From Chiloscyllium plagiosum (lineage: Eukaryota), in assembly GCF_004010195.1 (NCBI RefSeq), contig NC_057727.1, positions 7,735,416 to 7,798,864 on the forward strand: a stretch of DNA of 63,449 nt. Reading direction: 5' to 3'. The position numbers were made by a program, and so were the translations under genes. Position 1 is the stretch's first letter, and each line of letters begins with the position of its first letter. Of the stretch, positions 10,281 to 23,582 are shown piece by piece. The notes under the pieces are model-generated. The model worked only from the letters and a program-made list of their open reading frames with translations. It did no database searches and had not been told where the DNA came from.

Positions 10281-13200
10281 TCCCGCAACTACTGACAGAG
10301 CATATTGCAGCAGTGATGAAAGAACTCAATGACATCAGGCTCATCCGAGAAAACGGGATCTTTCTGGACAGGACCTTCAGTGAGGTTATTACACCTACCA
10401 TACCAGAAGACGATGAGGAAGGTAGAGAGGAGACAAGTCCAAGAGACCCAGTGGAAGTACCTGTCAGGAACAGGTTGAATCTTTTGGAAACAGTAGAGAC
10501 AGACGACACTGCCAGTCCACGAGGTGGTCAGGTCTGCCAATCAAACGTTGGCGTGGAGGCAGAGCAGAGGAGTCAGACATCACACAAAGCCGTGGTAATA
10601 GGGGACTCCATAGTGAGAGGAACTGAACGGGGTTGCGTTGGCAACAGGCAGGATTTAGGATGGTGTGTTGCCTTCCTGGTGCCAGGATTAAGGACATCGC
10701 AGACAGAGTGCAGGAAATCCTCAAGGGCGAAGGTGAAGAGTCAGAGGTGGTGGTACATGTTGGCGCAAATGACGTCGGGAAGAAGAGGAGGGACATTCTA
10801 CAGCGGGACTTTGGAGAACTCGGAAGAAAGCTGAAAAGCAGGACGTCCAGGGTGGTTATCTCCGGTTTGCTTCCAGTTCCTTGGGCTGGAGAGGCCAGGA
10901 ACAGGGAGATAGTGGACTTGAATGTGTGGCTGGGGAACTGGTGCAGGAAGCAAGGATTTAAATTCTTGGATCACTGGGGTATGTTTTGCGGTAACGATAA
11001 ATTATACAAGAGGGACGGGTTGCACCTTAATAGTTGGGGGACCAGCATTCTGGCAGGCAGGTTTGCTACTGCACCACAGCTACGTTTAAACTAAGTAGCG
11101 GGGGGGGACAAACTGGATGTTTAAGAAAGTTGGAACAAGAGAAGTCAAGAAAGACAATGGTATCAATGGAGCAGAAAACTCAAAAAGGGATCATGCCGTA
11201 AGGTTGAGTGAAATAGGGATTGATAGGAAGGGTGAAGGCAGTAACAAATTAAAAATATTATGAATGCACGAAGCATTAGAAATAAGATGGATGAGCTTGA
11301 GGTTCATTTGGAAATTTACAATGTTGTGGGGATAACGGAGACGTGCCTTCAAGTGGACTGGGCTTGGGAAATGAATATTCAAGGCTATACGTGCTGTCGT
11401 AAGGACAGACTGATGGGCAGAGGGGGTGGGGTGGCCATGTTGGTAAGGAATGATATTCAGTCCCTTGCGGGGGAGGACCTAGAATCAGGGGATGGAGAGT
11501 CAGTATGGATAGAGCTGAGAAATTCTAAGGCTAGAAAGACCCTCATGGGAGTTATCTACAGGCCCCCAAACAGTAGTCTGGATGTAGGGTGTAAGTTGAA
11601 TCAGGAGCTGAAATTGGCCTGTCGCAAAGATATTACTACAGTTGTTATGGGGATTTCAACATGTTATGGGGATTTCAACCCCATTTCTCTCAGCACCGTG
11701 GTTCCGAGGCGGGGTGAGGAGCCAGGGAGGTGGAGCTCCCACTCTCTCCTCTGAGCTCGCGCACACGGCTGGTTTCGGCTGGCCTGTGCTCTCGCACCCT
11801 TTCATCCGCGAGGGTGCTGCCCCGTCTGACCCGTCGGTACCGGGGTGTCTCGCTTTGTGGTCAGACGAGAGGCTGAATTGCCTAAGAGTTGAACCCGGCG
11901 CCAGGATTTCAACACTGGGAGAATCAGGGTGGTACTGGACCCCAAGAAAGGGAGTTTGTGGAGTGCCTCCGAGATGGATTTTTAGAATAGCTGGTGCTGG
12001 AACCTACCAGGGAGAAGGCAATTCTGGATCTGGTGTTGTGCAACGAACCAGATTTGATCAGGGACCTCGAAGTGAAGGAGCCATTATGAGGTAGTGACCA
12101 TAATACAATAAGCTTTAATCTGCAATTTGAAAGGGAGAGGGTACAATCGGAAGTGACAATATTTCAGTTGAATAAAGGGAACTATGGAGCTATGAGGGAG
12201 GAACTGGCCAAAGTTCAATGGTGCAATACCCTAGCAGGGATGGCAGTGGAGGAACAATGGCAGGTATTTCTGGGTATAATGCAGAAGATGCAGGATCAGT
12301 TCATTCCAAAAAGGAAGAAAGATCCTAAGAGGAGGCAGGGGTGGCCATGGCTGACGAGGGAAGTTAAGAAACATATAAAGTCAAAAGAGAAAAAGTATAA
12401 CATTGCAAAGATGAGTGGGAAAACGGAGGACTGGGAAACTTTTAAAGAACAACAGAGGATTACTAAGAAGGAAATACTCAGAGAAAAAATGAGGTACGAA
12501 TGTAAACTGGTCAAAAATATAAAGGAGGATAGTAAAAGCTTCTTTAGGTATGTGAAAGGAAAAAAAATGGTTAAGACTAAAATTGGGCCCTTGGAGACAG
12601 AAACGGGTGAATATATTACGGGGAACAAAGAAATGGCAGAAGAGTTGAATTGGTACTTCAGATCTATGTTTACTGGGGAAGACACAAGCAATCTCCCAGG
12701 GGTAATAGTGGCTGAAGAACTTGAACTGATGGCAATTTATATTTGCCAGGAAATGGTGTTGGAGAGACTGTTAGGTCTGAAGGCTGATAAGTCCCCGGGA
12801 CCTGATGGTCTATATCCCAGGGTACTAAAGGAGGTGGCTCTAGAATGCATTGGTGATCATTTTCCAATGTTCTATAGATTCAGGATCAGTTCCTGCAGGT
12901 TGGAGGGTGGCTAATGTTGTCCCACTTTTTAAGAAAGGAAGGAGAGAGAAAGCAGGGAATTATAGACCAGTTATTCTGACCTCAGTGGTGGGAAAGATGC
13001 TGGAGTCAATTATAAAGGATAAAATTACGACACATCTGGATAGGTCAGAGTCAGCATGGATTTATGAAGGGAAATCATTCTTGACTAATCTTCTGGAATT
13101 TTTTGAGGATGTAACTCTGAAGATGGACAAGGGAGATCCAGTGGATGTAGTGTACCTGGACTTTCAGAAAACCTTTGATTAAGTCCCACATAGGAGGTTA

Positions 13201-14316
13201 GTGAGCAAAATTAGGGCGGATGGTATTGGGGGCAAAATACTGACTTGGATTGAAAATTGGTTGGCTGATAGGAACAAAGAGTAGTGATAAATGGCTCCCT
13301 TTCGGAATGGCAGGCAGTGACTAGTGGGGTACCACAGGGGATCAGTGCTGGGACCGCAGCTTTTTACAATATACATTAATGATATTGATGATGGTATTAA
13401 AAGTAATATTAGCAAATTTGCTGACGATACAAAGCTGGGTGGCAGGATGAAATGTGAGGAGGATGTTAGGAGATTACAGGGTGACCTGGACAGGCTAGGT
13501 GAGTGGACAGATGCATGGCAAATGCAGTTTAATGGTGGCAAGAACAGGAAGGCAGATTATTACCTAAATGGAGTCAAGTTAGGTAAAGGGGCAGTACGAG
13601 ATCAAGGTGTTCTTGTGCATAAGTCAATGAAAGCAAGCATGCAAGTACAGCAGGCAGTGAGGAAAGCTAATAGCATGCTGGCCTTCATAACAAGAGGAAT
13701 TGAGTATAGAAGCAAAGAGGTCCTTCTGCAGCTGTACAGGGCCCTGGTGAGACCGCACCTGGAATACTGTGTGCAGTTTTGGTCTCCAAATTTGAGGAAA
13801 GACATTCTGATTATTGAAGGAGTGCAGAGTAGGTTCACGAGGTCAATTCCCGGAATGGCGGGACTATCTTACATTGGAAGATTGGAGCGACTGGGCTTAT
13901 ATACCTTTGAGTTTAGAAGGCTGAGAGGGGATCTGATTGAGATGTATAAGATTATTAAAGGATTGGACACTCTGGAGGCAGGAAGCATGTTTCTGCTGAT
14001 GGGTGAGTCCTGAACCAGAGGGCACAGTTTAAAAATAAGGGGTAGGCCATTTAGAACAGAGTTGAGGAGAAACTTCTTCACCCAGAGAGTGGTGAGTGTG
14101 TGGAATGCGCTGCCCCAGGAGGCTGTGGAGGCCAAGTCTCTGGAAATTTTCAAGAAAGAGTTGGATAGAGCTCTTAAGGATAGTGGAATCAAGGGTTATG
14201 GGGATAAGGCAGGAACAGGATACTGATTGAGGATGATCAGCCATGATCATAATGAATGGTGGTGCTGGCTCGAAGGGAAGAATGGCCTACTCCTGCACCT
14301 ATTGTCTATTGTCTAT
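10281..14316 (+). mobile_element. Near full-length decayed CR1 LINE: ORF1 (SGNH esterase) and ORF2 (APE endonuclease + reverse transcriptase)
   Basis: ORF1 motifs VIGDSIVRG, VHVGANDV, DGLHLN. ORF2 motifs NARSIRNK, GITET, YRPPN, SPGPDG, YLDFQK, GSVLGP, FADDTK. Several frameshifts and stops, and an (ATTGTCT)n tail. Confidence 0.95.
11680..11905 (+). other. GC-rich foreign insert inside the CR1, resembling an rDNA external transcribed spacer fragment
   Basis: Abrupt CpG-rich segment that interrupts the endonuclease MGDFN codons. GGATTTCAAC is repeated on both sides. The identity is from recollection only. Confidence 0.5.
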
Positions 14317-15787
14317 AATCAAAAAGATTCAAGGCATGGTCACATTTCTGTTTGTAGACAATGGGACACTGTGTAATGATGTTTATTACTTCTAACAGGT
14401 GTAAATGAGCCAAGTTACTAGCCTGGCTGATTTTTACTTCAAATTATTCTGGAAATGCAAAATATCTCAAAAATATGAATGACAGGTTAAGCAATACATT
14501 TCATGCTACCACTCTGTAGCCGGCATGGACGGGTTGGACCGAAGGGTCTGTTTCCATACTGTACATCTCTATGTGAATGGGATATTCTACTAACAGTTTC
14601 CCACATCAGTCTACAAAGACATACTGCTAATACATAATTACATAAAATGTATGAATTTACAATTGCATTTAAAATGCATAAAGTGCTGGTATAGTGCCAG
14701 GTACACACGCTATATGTTAAAGCAGCAGAGTGATTGAAATAAAGAACACATTCCTTCAGTTGTTGCTAATAAGCAGAGTTTGGACTATACTCAATCATGC
14801 TTGCAAAACCCAAAACAAAGTATGTTATATATGATTCTGCAATCGGGCAGCACTTGTTGAACGCTCCTGAGTATGTTAATAGATACATTCACAACCAAGT
14901 TAACTAGGCTGCACTGGCAATTTTTCAGCCAGAACTGACTTGTGAATGATTCAGTAGCCTTTTCTCCAGCAATTGTTTTAATCAATGGAAGTTCAGCATT
15001 CTTATGTTTGCTCTAATGGGCTCTCTTTTCAGCAAAATTCAAGTTCCATATTACCAAGCAATGAGCTGAAAGGAAGGTAGGAAAGTTGCAACAAGATTGC
15101 CTCTTTGAGCCTGTGAGTTCAAAATCAATCAAGGTCCTCCAGTTGGAGAGTATAAAGCCTACCATTAATGTGATATACTGTAACCTGTTGAACATGGATT
15201 GCCATGATACATGCACGGAATTAATGCTAAGCCAGTTCTATGCACCTGCATCATTATGGCATAAAATGGCAATAAAAAGCATATAAACACCAGAACTAGC
15301 TCCCAGAGACCTGCAGCCCAAATAGTGGTGAAGATGATGGGGAGAACATAGAGAAGCCTAGAATGCTGTCAGATCTACACAGTTTATTATTTTATCAGCT
15401 ACTATGAGAAGACTGCACAACTATCTCTGACGGTACTCAACAATAATACCTTGAAACAGTTACTTTCCATACTACATTTAACTAATTGAACATTTTATTC
15501 AGGGAAAGTAACCCAATTCTATTTGCATGTCAAAGCAATTACCTATAAACGCAATGTGCCATAGTGTAAGCAAACAATTGGATAATTACTTTGCATAACC
15601 ACAGGTTCCCTTCCAACAGCATTCACATTTACTCAGGTCTTAATGCTATGTATGTGACTTTTAAATTCAAAGTGAATTATCAATGGAACTGTGTTGGGGG
15701 AACATGGTTGCACTTGCCAAGTTCTGAATTGGGAGCCTAATATTACTTTCTCATTACTGGATGGTTTTCAATGCTGGAACTTGCGTA

Positions 15788-16110
15788 ACAGAACATAGAA
15801 GAATACAGCGCAGTACAGGCCCTTCGGCCCTCGATGTTGCGCCGATCCAAGCCCACCTAACCTACACAGCCCACTATCCTCCATATGCCTATCCAATGCC
15901 CACTTAAATGCCCATAATGAGGGAGAGTCCACCACTGCTATTGGCAGGGCATTCCACGAACTCACGACTCGCTGAGTAACACGAACCCTAACATCTGTCC
16001 TATACCTACCCCCCCTTAATTCAAAACTATGCCCCCTTGTAATAGCTGACTCCATACGTGGAAAAAGATTCTCACTGTCGATCCTATCTAAACCCCTAAT
16101 CATCTTGTAC
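15788..16110 (-). mobile_element. CR1 LINE 3' fragment
   Basis: ORF 15768..16112 YKMIRGLDRID...TQRVVSSWNALP plus CR1 tail. Confidence 0.88.
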
Positions 16111-16654
16111 ACTGTAATGTATCAGATCTGCTCATATCTATCCTGTGCAGCATAGACAAGCAGAAACTCTGAGGTGTTAGCCTGCAGTTCTACAGCTGCT
16201 TCCCAATTATTGTGTGATAAGTTCCTGGTGTTGAACCTACCAGTATGGGGAGAAGGCAAATACAAATCAACAAAAGGAAAAGTCACACTATTCTAGTCAT
16301 AAGTAGGTGGCACTTGCTTACATTCATATTAGCTTGGGTAACTAGTGCTGAAGGTGTGAGTGCTACCACATTTATAATTACTCTAGCAATAATGCCACAA
16401 CACAGCACAACAGCAGACTACTGAAAATGATTTCAGTGAGTTAAACTTTGGAGTCATAAACATCGCGATAGGTAATCAAATAACTTTAAGGTTGCACGAT
16501 CTGGAATTTGTTAATGACAACCAAAGTAAATACATTCTTTAATAAAAATCTAGTGTAATTAAATTACTGGCTTGCTTATCACCCCTGTTTCAATAGAAAC
16601 CTTGGCAAAGACAGAACTTCAGTACATCTTTCTTTGTTTCATTTGAAAGCTCAC

Positions 16655-16817
16655 CTACGTCGAATAGCTCTTAAGATCTGATGTGCTCCTTCACCCTGAT
16701 ACAGCCACGTATGTTTGCTGTTGCGAACCAGTTCGGTCTTCTGCACCCCGCGTTGTCGCAGGTATGTTTGGAAAGCATTTGTATTAAGTTGTTTAAATTC
16801 CTCCAGGCTTAGCAAAC
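16655..16817 (-). CDS. P4HTM: P4HTM exon 5 ([55 protein letters not shown])
   Basis: 163 nt, AG/GT boundaries, phase-compatible with exon 4. Matches human GVLSLQEF...[27 protein letters not shown]. Confidence 0.95.
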
Positions 16818-17099
16818 CTGAAAAGAAAATCATTTTTATTTCTTCCCAATCTCTAACCTCAATTTCTTCCTCTTCTCTCTCTGAGGCAGGAACTCTTGAT
16901 AAAGTACAGTTAAATAGAAGCATTCAGCCTTTAAGCCTGAATCATTATCCAAATCATGACAGATATGGATCAGAAGTTAATGGTAATCAAGTGAAAATGC
17001 ACCACTAGTTGATGTCATACCTAGCATAAGGGAAATAGTTGTTCAAGGCTAGCTATTTAAGCCCCCAACTGCTTCAAAGACTTTCACTTGAACATGTCA

Positions 17100-18010
17100 T
17101 AAATTGGGGTGTTCACTGATGACTCCATTGTGACCAGTGTTATTTCCAACTCCTCAGCTACTGAAGTATGGCTGTATCAGCATGCAGCAAGACCTGGATA
17201 ACATTCACTCTTGGGTTAATAATGCGTCGAGTAACATTTACATGACCCAATTGCCAGGTGATGGCCCTTACCAACAGTAGAGAATCAGCTCTGATGACGA
17301 GACATCCAGACTTGAAACGTTGGCTTGCTCTCTCTCTGTGGATGCTGTCTGACCCACTGTGACCTCTAACAGTTGCTGTTTTCAGTACAGAATCCAACCA
17401 TCTCTCCCTGACATTCAAGTCATTTCCACTGCTGAATTTCCACAACATCAACATTATGGGAATTATTACTGACATGAAACTTAACTGGACCAACCACACA
17501 AATACTATGGCTCAAGAGCAGATCAGAGACTGGGAATTTTGCAATGAATAATTGATCCTCTGAATACCAGGGAGAGTCCAATGTCTAGAAGGCGAAAGTC
17601 AGAAGTCTGATGAAATATTCTTTACTTGCCTGGAGAAGGCTCCAACAATCCAAAGAATCAGATCAAAGCAAGTTCTGGCCTGTTTGATCAGACGTTCATT
17701 CCTTCCACCTCCTGTGCACAGTGGAAGCAGTGGGTACCATCTTCAATGTGCATTATAGCAGCTTGTCAATGCTACTTTAACAGTACCTTCTAAACCTGCA
17801 GCCCTCCAAATCACAGGAAAATCTGGACTTGGAACTATATTGCTTTTCCCTTCACTGTCACACAGTCAAATTCCTCAAATTATTACCCAACAGCATTTTA
17901 AGTCTATCAACACCACATGGACTGTGCTGCTTCAAGAAGGGGCCTCATAACCACCTGCTTAAGGCCAATGAGCAATGGACAATAAATACGGGCCTTGCAT
18001 CCTGAGATAA
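17100..18010 (+). mobile_element. Old L2/CR1-clade LINE 3' portion, interrupted by a hammerhead-bearing insert
   Basis: Degenerate FADD...MQQDLDNI remnant and a GGACAATAAATACGGGCCTTGC tail shared with other old copies (18465-18790 minus, 32100-32950 plus). Confidence 0.65.
17287..17382 (+). mobile_element. Short PLE-derived insert with hammerhead motif (third sequence variant)
   Basis: AGCT / CTGATGA / CGAG-ACATCCAGA-CTT / GAAAC-GTT / GGCT, followed by a GATGCTG..TGACC..CTG tail. Flanked by CAGTA(G/C)AGAATC. Confidence 0.65.
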
Positions 18011-18956
18011 TATTTTTTAAAAACCTGCCAATGCGTCATATCCTTGCAATGCCCTGCCTATGGAAGAAAAGTCTGTAAATGAAGTATTTCCATTGATATA
18101 GTGCATTTCACGATCTGCAGACAATCCAAAGTACTTTCCAGTCAATTAAATAATATTGCAATATAGTCATTGTTGTAACGTGGAAAACATAGCAACCAAG
18201 TTGTTGGCATCAACACCCCACAAACAGCAATAATCAATGAAAACATCAAGTTGTTTCAGTGATAAAATTGTTAGGGATCAATATTAATCAGAATACTAGA
18301 AGAAAGTTAACAGCTCTTCCACAAATAATTCCATGGAATCCTTTACACAATCCAAGACAGTTGGTTTAACATCTCAATTGAAAGATGATACTTCAACATT
18401 TCTTTTAGAAGTTTACGTGCTCAAATCTCTAGAGCCTTGAAAATCTTAAAGGTTGCAATGTTTAATAGCTGGCCAGCATTTATTGCTCATCCCTAGTTGA
18501 GAAGGTGGTGGTGAGCTGCCTTCTTTAACCACTGCAGAGCATTTGCTGTAGTTTAACCCAAGTCAAGATGGTGAGTGGCTTCGAGGGGAACTTGCAGAGG
18601 GTGGTGTTCCCATGTATCTGCTGCCCTTGCCCTTCTAGATGGAAGTGGTCATGGGTTTCGAAGGTGCTAGTTAAGGGTTTTTGGTGAATTTCTGCAATGC
18701 ATTTCGTACACCCTGCTGCTACTGAGCGCCAGTAGTGGTGAGAGTGCACACTTGTGGATGTGACGCCAATCAAGCAGGCTGATATGTCCATTCTTCTGAT
18801 AAAAGGCTAGAGAGCAAGTGTCAGAAGACTATATTACAGAAAGAGACACTAAACATCACATCAATCCTGGTCATACCAACATGTGTTCTGACAATGGCTT
18901 GCTGCTCAAAATCAATGGCTATTTTTCTATCGTAACTCAGGGAATACTGTCCCATT

Positions 18957-19002
18957 CTATACCAGCTTGGGCTGGCCACACTATACCAGCTTGGGCTGGC
19001 CA
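18957..19002. repeat. Tandem duplication, 24-bp period
   Basis: CTATACCAGCTTGGGCTGGCCA at 18957-18978 and 18981-19002. Confidence 0.9.
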
Positions 19003-19730
19003 TGCCCCAGTTAAATGGTTCGATAGTACTCATCCCTTCTGAGCACAGGGTAAAATAAAGAAAGGTACTTGCAGAACTGCATCTCAGTATAAGTGTTCTT
19101 TAAGCAAAAAGAAAAATTGTGTTGTAGTGAAGAAGGAAAGGAAGATACATGTCAAAAATAGAGAAAGATTAGAAATATCTTTCCTGTAAATTGTAACATG
19201 ACAAAAAAAGGTAATCAGAAGCTAATTGTCTGAAACCCAGCAGGCAAGAAGTCATAGCAGGGATTAAGGCAAGCTAACAGTAAGCAGTACGCCCTCCCTC
19301 AGAGAAAAGAAAAGTGGAAGTGCAAAAAGCCATAATGGATGTATTACCCCCTGTGGCTGTAACTCATTATGGGGGCTTAAAGCTTAATGTACACCGTCAA
19401 TTCCACCTAATACCTTCTTTACATTATCTACTCTCATGACTATTCAGCTGAGGTGAGGATGATTAACACTGAATAGAATCTCTAGTTTTCAGACTCTCGT
19501 TTGACAAACCCCCGCAAATGTTGGCATTATTAAGAAGCCCGTTTTAACTTTGAAAAAAGCTATCCAAAGGAAAAGAAACAAAGCTGAAACTACTTTTATT
19601 ACTACGTCGACAGAAAACACGTCAACAATTACACAAAGAAATATAAAGTCTAATAATAGGTGAAGTCAAATCAAATGATTTTGGGAGATTCAACTAAATA
19701 ACAGACTCCTCTTACGGACCTCTTCAGAGT

Positions 19731-21798
19731 GTGGGTATTGTATCGTAAGGTACTGAAGTATTTATTCCATTGTTTTGTTCCACGCTATGAACAATTTCAT
19801 GAGCTCCCAGTCAATATTTTTCTAATAAAATCAGACAAAAATCAGCTATCAAAAGATTTGATGAGACCCCATGCTTATGGAGGAGTTAAGATACATAATG
19901 ATGTTGACATATACACAGTACTTCTGTGCCTGTACTTCTGATATTATGGATAATTTGACTTTTGAACAGCAGACAATGATCCTTTGAGTAATCCCAGCTA
20001 ATGCCAAGTTTCCAATTTAAAAAAAAAGCACCAATATAAATACCCTCACCTCTGCATTCCAAGCAAGGATTAGAATCAGGAGGGTGTATGTTAGTAGATG
20101 CTGGAAAGGAGTGGGAATCTTGCAGAGGCCTTCCCTAAGTCCTGGAACTGTGTTTGGAACTCTGGCTGATAAAAGTGAACTCTATTTAAGTGCTTTCTTT
20201 TTATTCTTTTCTAACTCAAAATGGCACCAGATTGTGGTGATGGAACACTTGTCATTGTACCTCTCTAGATATATGTGATAATAAATCAATCATGCATTCT
20301 CTTTTTGAAGGATATTCTCAGAGATGTGATCTATATAGACTTCAGTAAGGCGTTCAACAAGGTTCCCCATGGGAGACTGATTAGCAAGGTTAGATCTCAT
20401 GAAATACGGAGAGAACTAGCCATTTGGATGCAGAACTGGCTCAAAGGTAGAAGTCAGAGGGTGATGGTGGAGGGTTGTTTTTCAGACTGGAGGCCTGTGA
20501 CCATTGGAGTGCCACAAAGATCGGTGCTGGGCCCTCTACTTTTTGTCATTTATATAAATGATTTGGATGCAAGCATAAGAGGTACAGTTAGTAAGTTTGC
20601 AGCTGACACCAAAATTGCAGGTGTAGTGGACAGCGAAGAGGGTTACCTCAGATTACAACAGGATCTGGACCAGATGGGCTAATGGGCTGAGAAGTGGCAG
20701 ATGGAGTTTAATTCAGATAAATGTGAGGTGCTGCATTTTGGGAAAGCAAATCTTAGCAGGACTTATACACTTAATGGTAAGGTCCTACGGAGACCTTGTA
20801 GTGCAGGTTCATAGCTCCTTGAAAGTGGAATTGCAGGTAGATAGAATAGTGACGAAAGCGTTCGGTATGCTTTCCTTTATTGGTCAGAGTATTGAGTACA
20901 GGAGTTGGAAGGTCATGTTGCGGCTGTACAGGACATTGATTAGGCCACTATTGGAAAATTGCGAGCAATTCTGGTCTCCTTCCTATCAGAAAGATGTTGT
21001 GAAACTTGAAAGGGTTCAGAAAAGATTTACAAGGATGTTGCCAGGGTTGGAGGATCTGAGCTACAGGGAGAGGCTGAACAGGCTGGGGCTGTTTTCCCTG
21101 GAGCGTCGGAGGCTGAGGGGTGACCTTACAGAAGTTTACAAAATTATGAGGGGCATGGATAGGATAAATAGGAAAAGTCTTTTCCCTGGGGTCGGGGAGT
21201 CCAGAACTAGAGGGCATAGGTTTAGAGTGAGAGGGGAAAGATATAAAAGAGACCTAAGGTGCATCTTTTTCACGCAGAGGGTGGTACGTGTATGGAATGA
21301 GCTGACAGGGGATGTGGCGGAGGCTGGTACAATTGTGACATTTAAGAGGCATGTGGATGGGAATATGAATAGGAAGGGTTTGGAGGGATATGGGCCGGGT
21401 GCTGGCAGGTGGGACTAGATTGGGTTGGGATGTCTGGTCGGCGTGGACGGGTTGGACCGAAGGGTCTGTTTCCATGCTGTACGTCTCTATGACTCTAAAC
21501 ACTCTAGCTTTTCCATTTCCATTGCCTAATTTTGACTACAGCTTACTTTAGACTCTTCGCATTGAATAGGAAGCTTCTCATTGACTTCAACTTTGATTAT
21601 GCATCCCCTTCTGAAATACCAGCCGACATTTCACTTTTAATCCTGCTGCTTCAGTTTTGATTTTAGATTTCCAGTTTACTTTTCAGTTCTAAGAAAAGCA
21701 GAGACCATAGCGTAAGTTGCTTTTGCTCATGAAATTGTTCATAGCGTGGAACAAAACTATGGAATAAATACTTCAATACCTTACGACACAATATCCAC
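19731..21798. repeat. 74-bp inverted repeat pair (19731-19804 / 21725-21798)
   Basis: Reverse complements with 4 mismatches by manual comparison. Confidence 0.85.
20323..21497 (+). mobile_element. 5'-truncated CR1 LINE (RT C-terminal half and 3' tail)
   Basis: DVIYIDFSKAFNKVPH...SVLGPLLF...RLRGDLTEVYKIM, with a CTCTATGACTCTA tail. Confidence 0.92.
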
Positions 21799-23067
21799 TC
21801 AATAGCTGGTCTACATGAACTAATTGATCCAAAATAAAAATAAAAATTCACAAAATGACAGGTCTGGAGAATTCCAGTTCACGCTGCACAAAATCATACC
21901 ACCTCACATTGAGGGCTGAATTGGGAAAAGAGTAGGTGAGTATGTTCAAAATGATGTAGTGAATTTTGTCATGCAGTTGTCTAAAATTGCATCTGCTCTT
22001 GTCAATTTTTTTCCTCTGAAGAATGCAAATAGCAAATTTGCAAGAGCAGTTGTATTCCATTGACAATAGGGTCATTCTCTACTACTAGAAAAGCAGGAAT
22101 ACCAAAATCTATTGTGATCCTAATCAACAAGCTCCTTTAGTTTTACATCCGCAATTAGTGAGTGGAGACGACAGCATCAATTTATGAATCTGTCTTTCTG
22201 TATGAATGAAGTAGCATGATAACTTCCTGGTTTTGTGTGCGTGTGTAACATTGCCCAAAATCAATAGGAGTAAATCTAACAACTGGTAAAACTGTAAAAG
22301 AGTCCATTGTGATATAACTGTCTCTTTAGACTAGCAAAACATTACTTCATCAAGGAAATATCATGAAGATTTTTCGACCAAGTAACTTTCAGTAACCAAA
22401 AATCTCTTCTTCAGCCTCAAACCTGGTTTTCCATTCTTCATTTGTCCCTCTTCTCCCCCCTCACACATCCATTGCTGCACTACTTGTGTCTTTGGTTTGT
22501 TTTTGGAATGTTGGTAAAATTGACAAGGCTACATTTATTGCTCATCCCTCATTGCTTGCACAACTGACAGCCTCTTAATGCAAGCCAAACCAGGCCAGGT
22601 AAAGGTGGCATATTCAATGTCCTATAGACAGTTATGAGGTAGTTGAGTTTGTACAATCCTTCAATAGCTATTGTGGTTATTCTGGTACAAATCTAAATTT
22701 GCTGAATTTATATATTACTATTTTATAATTTACTATAGTGGGATTTATTAGCACACATTCTCAAAATGACTGGTGTGATATCATAACGCTACACAATTGT
22801 ACCTATTCAAAGTCTATTACTTATGTGTGAATTTAGAAATAATCTGTGACCTTTTGTATGTTTAGGGCAACACATGCGTGCAGTTTTCAGCAAGGCTTAA
22901 GTCCAGTAAGCAAGATGACATTCTCTGGCTGAACATCCTTTCTTGATCCTAATTCCATGTTGGGCAGCCGCAACTTTTGTGAAATCAGATAACTTGGGTC
23001 TTAGCACCCAACTTGGTAACTTTCCAGTCTGTATTTCCCAGCTTCCACAATAAGTTGTTGAATTGTC

Positions 23068-23290
23068 TGGGGAAGAAAAGCAGGAGGCTGAAAGAACACA
23101 GCAAGCCAGGCAGCATCAGGAAGTGGAGAAGTCAATGTTTTGAGTGCAACCCTTCTTCAGGACTGAGTGTGAGTGTAGGGGGAACTGCAGATAAAGAGGG
23201 TGGTGGGGGCAGGGTAGTGAAGTGGGGCTAGGTAGAAGGTACACCTGGTTGGTCAATGGAGGAATGAATCTGGTAGGTGTCAAGGGAAGC
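23068..23290 (-). mobile_element. Degenerate Penelope-like terminal fragment
   Basis: Minus strand reads TCCTGAAGAAGGGTTGCACTCAAAACATTGA...GATGCTGCCTGGCTTGCTG. Confidence 0.65.
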
Positions 23291-23582
23291 ATGAAGGGCT
23301 AAAATCTACGAATCCAATGACGACTAATTCCTTGAAAATCTGTTTTCAAATTGGTTTTAACTATGTCACAAGATTATTAAATTATGTTACTCATTTGCAG
23401 TCAAACACATGTAAAGTGTAGCAATTTTATGATATCGCAGAACCTTACAAATCATATCACTTTATCTCAAAATCCTTTCCCAAAGTAACTTAAATCTTAT
23501 TCTTCTGTTTACTGATTGCAACAGTAGTAGACTCACCAACTATAAAGGCATTTAAACAGTCACTGGATGAACATATGCCGCA

